A stretch of 32,000 bases of DNA. Origin: an uncultured archaeon. GTDB taxonomy: Archaea > Asgardarchaeota > Thorarchaeia > Thorarchaeales > Thorarchaeaceae. The notes under the pieces were generated by a model, which worked only from the letters and a program-made list of their open reading frames with translations, did not search any database and had not been told where the DNA came from. Location of the stretch: assembly GCA_964648855.1 (NCBI GenBank), contig CAZYLT010000007.1:60001-92000 (forward strand), in the 5' to 3' direction. The position numbers and the translations under genes were made by a program. This document shows positions 18,443 through 26,806 of the stretch, in pieces (the first letter of the stretch is position 1; each line of letters begins with the position of its first letter).

Positions 18443-19560
18443 TGGACCCGGAGGAAATCGCAGAGCAAGTACGGCTGTGCGCTGGTTGTCCAAAGATGTG
18501 CCGTCATAGGTGTCCTACCTTCTTTGCATGGCGTTCCGACTCACCTACACCCCATGGAAGGGCGCTTCTTGTGCACTACGAGAATACAGAAACGAGAGAT
18601 ATAGATGGACGAGGAGCTGAAGTTCTCTATCAGTGTCTGCAATGTAGCCAATGTCTCACGTGGTGTCTTCCCGGTGTTGACATAGCGAAGATAGTTGAAA
18701 CCATCAGAAGGTCGCTAGTTTCTAGGAACCTTCAACCCGAGGGGTTGAACTCATTGCGGGATTCAATAGATCGTCATCATAATCCGTTCTCAGAACCTCA
18801 TGACGAGAGGAACAAATGGTTGGGACTTACGCCGCATGGAACAACGGACATCATCTATTTCGCCGGCTGCACATCATCATATAGAGAGAAGGAGATTGCA
18901 GAATCAACCATCTCTCTTTTGCAGCACTTGGGACACTCGGTTCAAGTTGCCCCAGACGAATGGTGTTGCGGTTCGCCTCTGCTAAGAACCGGGTTCCAAG
19001 AAACCTCAAAACAAATAGCGGAACACAATGCTGAATTGCTGAATTCACTGGACGCTGACGAGATTCTCGTGACTTGTCCTGGTTGCTTTAAGACCCTCAC
19101 AAAGGACTATTCCGATTTTGGCATCGAACTGAATAAACCGGTCATTCACTTGAGTGAATTCTTGGAGCGTCAAGAGGAGTCGCTTCCGAGAATGGACTTT
19201 GAAGACGAGATAACCTATCATGACCCTTGTCATCTGGGTCGTCATTCAGAGATATATGACGCGCCCCGGAATGTTATAGAAACTGTTACTGGTAAGAAAA
19301 TTGTAGAAATGGGTCAATCCCGAGAAGATGCCATGTGCTGTGGCAATGGGGCGGGATTGAGGACCCTGTACCCCGATTATGCTCATAAGATTGGAAGCGA
19401 ACGTATTCACCAAGCCAAAGATACGGGTGCTGGAATATTAGTTAGCACCTGCCCATTCTGTAAGAATATGTTGAATGCAGAGGCTGATGGAGATTTGGAG
19501 GTCTTGGATTTATCAGAGCTTGTTGAAATCGCCCGTAGCCGTGAACTTAAGAGTGAGTAA
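18439..19560 (+). CDS. CCG-domain Fe-S oxidoreductase (GlcF/GlpC/HdrD-like)
   Basis: CAGCPKMCRHRCP, CLQCSQCLTWC, FAGC..WCCG..CPGC, YHDPCHLGR..CCG..CPFC; overlaps the upstream stop codon. Confidence 0.9.
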   Translation: MMDPEEIAEQVRLCAGCPKMCRHRCPTFFAWRSDSPTPHGRALLVHYENTETRDIDGRGAEVLYQCLQCSQCLTWCLPGVDIAKIVETIRRSLVSRNLQPEGLNSLRDSIDRHHNPFSEPHDERNKWLGLTPHGTTDIIYFAGCTSSYREKEIAESTISLLQHLGHSVQVAPDEWCCGSPLLRTGFQETSKQIAEHNAELLNSLDADEILVTCPGCFKTLTKDYSDFGIELNKPVIHLSEFLERQEESLPRMDFEDEITYHDPCHLGRHSEIYDAPRNVIETVTGKKIVEMGQSREDAMCCGNGAGLRTLYPDYAHKIGSERIHQAKDTGAGILVSTCPFCKNMLNAEADGDLEVLDLSELVEIARSRELKSE

Positions 19561-19586
19561 ACTGAAAGAATCCTGCAAAGTGGTAT

Positions 19587-20711
19587 ATGGATATGAATCC
19601 TGAAGCAATTCTCAAACTGAAAGTTCGGCTTCTTACGCAGGGCGCCACTTTGCCGGAGGGATATGGTAGCGTCCGCAAGGGGGGTGCTGGGCCTGTTGGT
19701 GCCAGATATTTCATATTACCAAATGGAAAACCCTGTGGCATTCCAATACGAAAAGGAGAAACAGCAGAGCAATTTGGTTCTGCTTCTCTGGAACCTCTGA
19801 ATGAAGATGGATTGTGGTTGTATGATTCAGAAATTGAGCTACAGGAAGTGGGGAAACCCTCATTCTATGACCTTGAAGTGAATGAAGGAATTCCATATTG
19901 GAAAATTGCATTACTACATGGCAGCTCATGCTTAGCAACGACCGTGTATCAAGAATGCCGCTATTGGTCCCAAGGAACACAATGCAAATTTTGCACAATC
20001 CCCACATCACTCCAGATGGAATCTACGATCTTGGAAAAAGAACCAACACAGGTTGCAGAAGTTGTTATTGCAGGAGAGAAAGAGGGTCTGATTGAACATG
20101 TCCTCTTAACGACAGGGACCCCCGAGGGCTCCGATGCTGGTGGAAAGCGAATGGCTGCCATCTCTAGAGAAATTCGGAAAGTTTCGAATCTTCCGATTGC
20201 TGTTCAGCTAGAGCCTCCACATGATATTTCAATACTCGATGAATTATCCGATGCAGGGGTCAACTCAGTTGGCATACATCTTGAAACCGCGGATGATGAT
20301 ATTCGCAAGAGGGTTTGTCCTGGAAAGTATGACTATGCTAGTGTAGAAGAATATGAACGAATTTGGGAGAAGGCAGTAGAAATATTTGGCAGAGGTGAAG
20401 TCAGTACTTTCCTTCTTCATGGACTAGGAGAACGAACGGACGAAACGCTGAGGTATATTCGCCATTTGGCCGAGATAGGTGTGACCACGATAGTTGCACC
20501 AATACGACCTGCTCCCGGGAGTCAGATGCCTAGTTTTATCCCCTCTTACATTGGAGAACTTGGCGCTTCAATTGCATTCTATAAAATCACCGGTAAGATT
20601 CTTCTGGAAAACAATCTGAATCCAAACAGAGTAAGTGCCGGTTGTTCCAAGTGTGGGGCTTGTACACCTATTCAAGAAGCCTATGACTGGGCTGAGTCAG
20701 TCATGCTATAG
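19587..20711 (+). CDS. Radical SAM protein, MSMEG_0568/NitD-like
   Basis: RKGGAGP, KIALLHG..LATTV, CRYWSQGTQCKFC (CX8CX2C), LLTTGTP, GIHLE and C-terminal AGCSKCGAC. Confidence 0.85.
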   Translation: MDMNPEAILKLKVRLLTQGATLPEGYGSVRKGGAGPVGARYFILPNGKPCGIPIRKGETAEQFGSASLEPLNEDGLWLYDSEIELQEVGKPSFYDLEVNEGIPYWKIALLHGSSCLATTVYQECRYWSQGTQCKFCTIPTSLQMESTILEKEPTQVAEVVIAGEKEGLIEHVLLTTGTPEGSDAGGKRMAAISREIRKVSNLPIAVQLEPPHDISILDELSDAGVNSVGIHLETADDDIRKRVCPGKYDYASVEEYERIWEKAVEIFGRGEVSTFLLHGLGERTDETLRYIRHLAEIGVTTIVAPIRPAPGSQMPSFIPSYIGELGASIAFYKITGKILLENNLNPNRVSAGCSKCGACTPIQEAYDWAESVML

Positions 20712-20774
20712 AATTACTCAAGGCAATTATCCAGAGATTTATGAGTATCATCTCTAAATTCTTATGTGAATCTA

Positions 20775-21260
20775 ATGTCTGAATTTCCTATTGAAAAAAT
20801 CCGCATTGTCGAATTTGATGAAGATGCTGCAGAGGAGATTTCAGACCTCATGAAAGAAGTCTGGTCCAGAGCAAAGGAGTACCCCAAAAGCTGGCGAAAG
20901 AAAAGAATGTATAGTCCCGAACAAATCAAAAAGGACATGCAACAGGGCTACCACTATTGTGGAGCAAGACTCAAGGGCGAGATTGTCGGAGTGTATAAAG
21001 CGAAGATTACAGAGAAAGGTCTGTTTGGTGAACATCAGACTGTTCATCCACGATGTCGCGGGACTGGATTGGCTTCAGCCATGTATGAGCAATTTGCAGA
21101 ATATGCTAGAGAGCATGGATGTGAACGCAACTACTGCAATATTCTTGTTGGGCAAGATGTCGGAGAGTGGCTCATGGAGAAATATGGTTTCGAACGCTGG
21201 GGAGAACCCTATGAGCAAGAAGAGGGCATGCTTGTTCAACTGTATGAGCGAAAACTCTGA
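20775..21260 (+). CDS. GNAT family N-acetyltransferase
   Basis: TVHPRCRGTGLA motif A and MEKYGF motif B. Confidence 0.85.
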   Translation: MSEFPIEKIRIVEFDEDAAEEISDLMKEVWSRAKEYPKSWRKKRMYSPEQIKKDMQQGYHYCGARLKGEIVGVYKAKITEKGLFGEHQTVHPRCRGTGLASAMYEQFAEYAREHGCERNYCNILVGQDVGEWLMEKYGFERWGEPYEQEEGMLVQLYERKL

Positions 21261-21357
21261 CGGGAATCCGACCTCATACACGTTACCAATCTCATCGGAA
21301 AAACTATTAGTATAGGTCCCGCGCGTTGGGTTCTCTAGAGAGAATCGAGGTATCCTC

Positions 21358-23022
21358 ATGGAAGTCTATCCAATTCTTGTTGATGGTGATGAAATCGATA
21401 CAGGTCAATATGCAGTTTTTCCTGACATGGATAGAATTGTTCAGGATCCGGGGTTAGCAATTGCGCTTCAAATGAGAGAGGCAACAGCAGTTCAGCGTCT
21501 TCTTTTCAAACGGGCACCTCGGCTCATTCCTGAAAGCAACGCACAAATGAGATACTTGCGTGACTACAGACGACATCACGGAGTTCCGGATTATTCTAAT
21601 GATGAACTAGATGACGTGGTCTATGCAAAGGTGTCCATAGCTAGAGAATCAGATATCAATGCCGCTCTTGAAGCAGGTGTACGCGACCACAATGCCCTCT
21701 TCAATCCGCTTAGAGAGGAGGGCATGGGTGTTACGCTCGATGAGCGCGTTGATGTTCTATACGAGGCTGGTCTGGCTGTAAAGGACCGATATCAAGACGT
21801 CTGTGATGTTTCAGTTAAAGAGGGGGTTCCTATTGGAACGTTCAATTGGACATGGGATATGTTCACAGAGTACCTGGAACGGGAAACCTTCGAGATCTGG
21901 GGTCAGAGTCTTGATGTCATTGAAAAACCCGGGCGGGACGGAGGTCGGAATCTCCGTTTTCGTGAACCTTATGGCATAGCTTGCCTTTTCACGCCATACA
22001 ATTCCCCGCTTGCTTTGGGAATTCTTAGTATAACCTCATCCATACTCGCAGGAAATGCCACCATTCTGAAACCTCCGAGCAAGGTTCCACTAAGCACAAT
22101 CCTACTTGGTCGGATATTCACGGAGAAGTTCCTGGAAATGGATCTTCCCAAATCCATGATCCAAGTACTAACGGGCGGTGGCAAGAAGCTCATGAATAGA
22201 TTCATGAAGGACCCGCGAGTTGGGACGATTGTGTGGTATGGAGATAGCGACACAGGCATTGAACTTTGGTCCAAGGCGGTTTCGCGAAGAATTCAGATGG
22301 CACCCGAACTAGCTGGGAGTGACGCCTCTCTGGTTTGGGGGCGAGATGCTGATTTGGATTTTGCTGCAAAGATGATTGTTAAGGGAAGGTATCTCGGTAG
22401 TGGGCAAGCCTGTATGGCGGTCAAGCGATTATTTGTTCAGGATGTCCTCCATGACGATTTGGTTAATCTTATTGTGGAAGAAGCCGAGAAGCTAAAGGTT
22501 GGGCGTCCATCGGATCCTGAAGTTACCTTGCCACCAATTGGAGTGACTGCTCTGTACCTCTTGATTGACCAGATGAAAGACGCGGTTGCAAAGGGAGCCA
22601 AAATAGAAACCGGAGGATATCGTATGGACTATCTTGGCAATCGTGACCCTGCAGGTCTATTCTATAAGCCCACCGTATTAACTAATATCTCTCAGGACAT
22701 GCGCATGGTTAGAGAAGAAGTCTTTGCCCCTGCGTTGCCAGTGATGAGTGTTTCAAGCGTAGATGAAGCTATAGCAATTGCGAACTCTTCTCGTTTTGGC
22801 CTTCGGGCTTCGATTTTTACAGATAATCCAAAGATAAGAACGAAATGGTCCAAAGAAATCAAAGCTGCTGGGGTGAGTATTGGGCAAGACCACCTCTATT
22901 TTGATCCTCACATGCCCCATCTCGGAGGCTACAAGGATTCTGGTATTATCGGAGCAAAGTATTTCCAAGAGATGCTAACACGTATGAAATATATTCATAC
23001 TGGTCCAGATATTGAAATTTGA
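21358..23022 (+). CDS. Aldehyde dehydrogenase family protein (divergent, with N-terminal insertion)
   Basis: REPYG..PYNSP, LAGNATILKP, ELAGSDA, GQACMA (catalytic Cys), REEVFAP, FGLRASIFT, GGYKDSG. Confidence 0.9.
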   Translation: MEVYPILVDGDEIDTGQYAVFPDMDRIVQDPGLAIALQMREATAVQRLLFKRAPRLIPESNAQMRYLRDYRRHHGVPDYSNDELDDVVYAKVSIARESDINAALEAGVRDHNALFNPLREEGMGVTLDERVDVLYEAGLAVKDRYQDVCDVSVKEGVPIGTFNWTWDMFTEYLERETFEIWGQSLDVIEKPGRDGGRNLRFREPYGIACLFTPYNSPLALGILSITSSILAGNATILKPPSKVPLSTILLGRIFTEKFLEMDLPKSMIQVLTGGGKKLMNRFMKDPRVGTIVWYGDSDTGIELWSKAVSRRIQMAPELAGSDASLVWGRDADLDFAAKMIVKGRYLGSGQACMAVKRLFVQDVLHDDLVNLIVEEAEKLKVGRPSDPEVTLPPIGVTALYLLIDQMKDAVAKGAKIETGGYRMDYLGNRDPAGLFYKPTVLTNISQDMRMVREEVFAPALPVMSVSSVDEAIAIANSSRFGLRASIFTDNPKIRTKWSKEIKAAGVSIGQDHLYFDPHMPHLGGYKDSGIIGAKYFQEMLTRMKYIHTGPDIEI

Positions 23023-24370
23023 CAGTAAGGAGCGAATCACGCTGTCCTTGAATCAAGATGAAATTACTCGATTATCGAGGGCTCGAGCAGTTGACATCCT
23101 AGGAAGACATACAGAATCCAAAACATCATTACGTCACACACTTAGATTGTATCTCCAAAAGTCTCGTGATGACCCTGCCATCAAGAGTCAGGTTCAGTAT
23201 TTGGCTATCAATGCTATCCGATACAAAAACACAATTGACTATCTCCTGGTACGAGGCGATCCTGCCCTTTCATTCAGTAAATTGGATGTCGAGGACCAAA
23301 ACCGCTTGAGATTAGCACTGTTTGAGAGTCGATGGTTAAACGAACCTCTTATGACACTAGGGTCGCACTATCTAAAATGGAGAACGAAACTTCGTTCTGT
23401 TTTGCAGACAGCAGCGGAAATCGATCTAAATCAATCGGTCGAATCACTGTCAAGGATTGAGAAACTTAGCGTCCTCTATTCACATCCGACATTCATCATT
23501 GAAACCCTGTTGGAATACATGAATAAAGACGAAGTAATCGAACTAATGAAGGAGAACCAGACTCCGCCATTGACTTATGTTAGGCCAAACAAACTATCTG
23601 AACCCGGCCTTGAACCAATTTCTCGTTTAAGCGCCAAAGGCATTTCCCTAGTACCAGATGATATTCAAGATGTCTACATTCTTAGAGAGGGTCTCGCCGA
23701 TTTGGTTCAAACTAAGGAATTCAAAGAGGGTGCTGTTCTGATACACGATAAAGCAAGCATAATAGCTGTTGATGTTTTTGACCCTCAATCTGAACAAATC
23801 GTTTGGGATGCATGTGCCGCACCTGGGATGAAGACGCAGTACATATGTGAGAAAATGCTGAACAAAGGGAAGCTAATTGCCAGCGACATTAATCGCAATC
23901 GTCTCAAAGGTAGCATGAAACGACTGAGGTCATGGGGTTGTTCTTCTGCTCACTGGCTGCTAGCAGATGCAATAGAATGCCCAATAATTGGCGCAGACAA
24001 GATTCTGATTGATGCACCTTGTACTTCAACAGGAATGCTTCAAAGCCACCCGTCTTATAAGTGGAGGTTGAACAAGGACTGGTTGTTTTCGCTGATGACA
24101 ATCCAGAGCAAATTACTTGAGTCGGTAATCAGTTCCTACTCGGCTTACCCAGAAACCGAAATTGTGTATTCAACTTGTTCAATACTACCTCATGAAGGCG
24201 AGAGTCAAATCGACTCGGCTCTAGAGAGATTTGATATTGAGTTACGGGAGATAGATGGTATTTCTGGGCAAGGCTATTCTGGATTCAACTGCTCTAAGAA
24301 AGTCAAAAGATTTTTCCCCCATACCCATAGAACGAATGGGTTCTTCTTGGCGAAATTTAGGATTATCTAG
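23012..24370 (+). CDS. RsmB/NOP2 family RNA m5C methyltransferase with NusB-like N-terminal domain
   Basis: YSHP, DACAAPGMKT, DAPCTSTG (motif IV Cys), YSTCS (motif VI Cys), RFFPH..GFFLAK. Confidence 0.92.
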   Translation: MKFDSKERITLSLNQDEITRLSRARAVDILGRHTESKTSLRHTLRLYLQKSRDDPAIKSQVQYLAINAIRYKNTIDYLLVRGDPALSFSKLDVEDQNRLRLALFESRWLNEPLMTLGSHYLKWRTKLRSVLQTAAEIDLNQSVESLSRIEKLSVLYSHPTFIIETLLEYMNKDEVIELMKENQTPPLTYVRPNKLSEPGLEPISRLSAKGISLVPDDIQDVYILREGLADLVQTKEFKEGAVLIHDKASIIAVDVFDPQSEQIVWDACAAPGMKTQYICEKMLNKGKLIASDINRNRLKGSMKRLRSWGCSSAHWLLADAIECPIIGADKILIDAPCTSTGMLQSHPSYKWRLNKDWLFSLMTIQSKLLESVISSYSAYPETEIVYSTCSILPHEGESQIDSALERFDIELREIDGISGQGYSGFNCSKKVKRFFPHTHRTNGFFLAKFRII

Positions 24371-25218
24371 CTTGCTTTCGCTGCAACAGATTCCATGACC
24401 CGTCGAGCAAACTCTCGATCATCTTTGTAACTAAATGGAATTTGCAGGAATTGCTTTCTCGCTCTGACAATGGATTGTTTATCATCTTGAATTGCAATGC
24501 GGAAGATGAGTTTTGTCCACTCAAAGCAAGGGTGGTATTGGAATGCTTCTCGGTTTTTCTCAGCGATGTCTTTGAGATAGGAAAGCCCCTCTTTTGGTTT
24601 TCCTAACATAAGATCTGCAAGTGCACCCATGCAGGCAAATACAACTGCACTCTTGGCTATTCCCGAATCAATGAATTTCTGTGTGCTCTCCTTGTACTCT
24701 TTTGCCTTCTTTTTATAGAGGGCATCTCCGTGGCTAATTATGATACCCTTGCTTTCATCCTTGTCTGGTCTCTTTAGGGCAACCCCGCCTAGTATACTAG
24801 CCTTCAGTTCAGCCTGCATGTCAGCCAATGCACTAGTTTCCTCACTAGTTTTCGCAGCCTCTAATATTTCATTTCCTGAGGTTTTAAGTCGCTTCTTTAC
24901 AGCATCCGAAACCGAGTTAGCACCCTCATTAATGTCCGTTTCGTAGATGTTCCTGGCCTTTGTGAAGAATGAATATGCTTTGCCAATCAAATTGAAAGAG
25001 ATTGCCAGATCAATCGCCTTTGTTAAGGAATTAACTGCATTGTCATATTCACCCAATGTCAAAAAATGTCCAGCTGCTTCTGATAGCCAAGGAAATGCAT
25101 CTGCGCTTTCAGTTTCAATCCCTTCATTTCCGTGCTTAAGGGCTTTGTATGCGTCAACGCATATTATAGAGAGATCCTCATCTCGACACTTTTCAGCCAC
25201 TTCTTTAACTGAAAGCAT
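24367..25218 (-). CDS. Helical-repeat (TPR/SNAP-like) hypothetical protein
   Basis: About 283 aa and all-helical, with the TPR-like unit EAAGHFLTLGEYDNAVNSLTKAIDL. Start placed at ATG 25218, although the ORF extends to 25335. Confidence 0.7.
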   Translation of the reverse strand: MLSVKEVAEKCRDEDLSIICVDAYKALKHGNEGIETESADAFPWLSEAAGHFLTLGEYDNAVNSLTKAIDLAISFNLIGKAYSFFTKARNIYETDINEGANSVSDAVKKRLKTSGNEILEAAKTSEETSALADMQAELKASILGGVALKRPDKDESKGIIISHGDALYKKKAKEYKESTQKFIDSGIAKSAVVFACMGALADLMLGKPKEGLSYLKDIAEKNREAFQYHPCFEWTKLIFRIAIQDDKQSIVRARKQFLQIPFSYKDDREFARRVMESVAAKAS

Positions 25219-25428
25219 CTGCCCACGGATCTTGCAGCCGTACCCCTTGGCTGTTCTATCGAGATTATCACAGCGGTCGCTTGTACCTTTTTCCGAAATT
25301 TTATGCCACCTCGTTAATGCATGGCAAAGATGCAAATCATACTCAGTACTTATCCTAAAAAACCAATTCTTGTTGTATCGACATGCTTAAGGGTATACTA
25401 AATTCGAGGGGTAACCCGGGATTTAGGA

Positions 25429-25821
25429 TTGGACGAAGACGAACATGAGCTCGAAATGATTCGCCGAAAAAAGATGGCGAAACTCATGCGAGAAGAAAAG
25501 AAGATGCAACAAGAAAAGGAACGAGAAGAAAAAGCTAGAGATGAACGGAAAAAGATTCTAGAGAAATTTCTTGCTGATGACGCCAAGGCATATCTGGATG
25601 CTCTTAGAAAATCTAATGAATCCATAGCGAAACGGATTGAAGATATCATAATCTATCTCATTGTCTATCGGGGAATCAGGCAGAGATTCGGTCAATTGGA
25701 AGTCCGGTATATTGAAAGGCAAATCAAGGGCGAAGAACCCAAGATACGAGTCCATCGAAATGGAGAAACTTCTGATTTCGGTGCATATGTGCGTGAGGCA
25801 ATCAAGAAGGACTCGGACTAG
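25429..25821 (+). CDS. PDCD5-like double-stranded DNA-binding protein
   Basis: ELEMIRRKKMAKL, ERKKILEKFLADDAKAYL, IAKRIEDIIIYL match the PDCD5/MTH1615 pattern; TTG start. Confidence 0.8.
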   Translation: MDEDEHELEMIRRKKMAKLMREEKKMQQEKEREEKARDERKKILEKFLADDAKAYLDALRKSNESIAKRIEDIIIYLIVYRGIRQRFGQLEVRYIERQIKGEEPKIRVHRNGETSDFGAYVREAIKKDSD

Positions 25822-25830
25822 AAAGTTCTA

Positions 25831-26730
25831 CTACGAGAGATTCAGTGCTCGTGTCTTCCATTCTCGAATTTGGTATTGAAGATTTTCGGCATCTTCTCCA
25901 CCTTTTTCCCAATCATTGGCGGCCCTTCTCATTTGGAAAATGATTGCTCCTCCTCTTGCTAGTTTCTGTTCAAGAATGTCTACTGCCTTGCCCAATGCAT
26001 CGCTTATGGCTTCAGGGCCATGCAATCTCGCTATGACTTCCTCTAGGGAGTTGAAGATATCCTCTGGTTGTGAAGCCCTCCATTCTTCAAGAGGGATGTT
26101 CGCCTTTCTGTATTTCTCACCTGGAATGACAGTATTACTGCTTTCCATCTCAATTTCTCCTTCCGCCTCAAGTTCGTCTAGTATCTTAGTCACTTCTGCG
26201 GATTCTAAGAGAAACATAGAAGAAAGGTCAGTTACCTTGGCTGAACGTGTACTCAACACATAGTTGAGAACTCTGTACTTTGGATCACCTACTTCCTCGA
26301 GTATCTCTCTCAAGTGTTTGATTGCATCTTCTTGGTTTTGGACTACTCCTGTTGCAGCTTGAGAGAGTTTCTTGAGATCCTTTTTCAGAGCTGAGGTCTT
26401 AGCCTTGTAGAAATCATATTCCTCTTGCGATACATGGCTTGTCGAGATTGGCTCGTTCTTAGGCAATGTCTGACTCTTTTCCACTTTCATTGCCCTCATT
26501 TCCTTCCCTATTGAATCAAGAGCATCCTTTGTACGAGATAGCTCATTTTTCAGCATCTGTATTTCAGATTCCTTCTCTCCCATCAACTGTTCCAATTCGG
26601 TGGCCCGATTGCTAGCCTCGTTTGCCCTGCGTTGTGCTCCACCTAACTGGGCCTGCAATGATTCTATCTTCTGATTTAGTGCTGCAACCTGCATTGCTCG
26701 ATTTCGGTTTGCATCGGAATTGTCTGACAT
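25831..26730 (-). CDS. Coiled-coil + winged-helix + helical-bundle hypothetical protein
   Basis: N-terminal heptad repeats, central DPKYRVLNYV...VTKILDELEAEGEIEM wHTH pattern; start at ATG 26730. Confidence 0.75.
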   Translation of the reverse strand: MSDNSDANRNRAMQVAALNQKIESLQAQLGGAQRRANEASNRATELEQLMGEKESEIQMLKNELSRTKDALDSIGKEMRAMKVEKSQTLPKNEPISTSHVSQEEYDFYKAKTSALKKDLKKLSQAATGVVQNQEDAIKHLREILEEVGDPKYRVLNYVLSTRSAKVTDLSSMFLLESAEVTKILDELEAEGEIEMESSNTVIPGEKYRKANIPLEEWRASQPEDIFNSLEEVIARLHGPEAISDALGKAVDILEQKLARGGAIIFQMRRAANDWEKGGEDAENLQYQIREWKTRALNLS

Positions 26731-26806
26731 TTTCAGTACAGTCACATACGGATACAATTATAGTGCTTTTGTTGACAAATACCAACCAAACTGGAGTGGC
26801 TACGAA

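Noticed and set aside
15761-19560. CCG proteins as heterodisulfide reductase implying methanogenesis
   Set aside because: Each is coupled to a flavoprotein dehydrogenase (GlpAB or the VAO-family protein), and no hdrA, hdrE or mcr genes are present.
19587-20711. Radical SAM as archaeal lipoyl synthase LipS1/LipS2, biotin synthase or tetraether synthase
   Set aside because: The motifs (RKGGAGP, CX8CX2C, GCxxCGAC) fit the MSMEG_0568 type; the LipS2 TxGCPxCxRP-type motif and Tes/B12-binding architecture are not seen.
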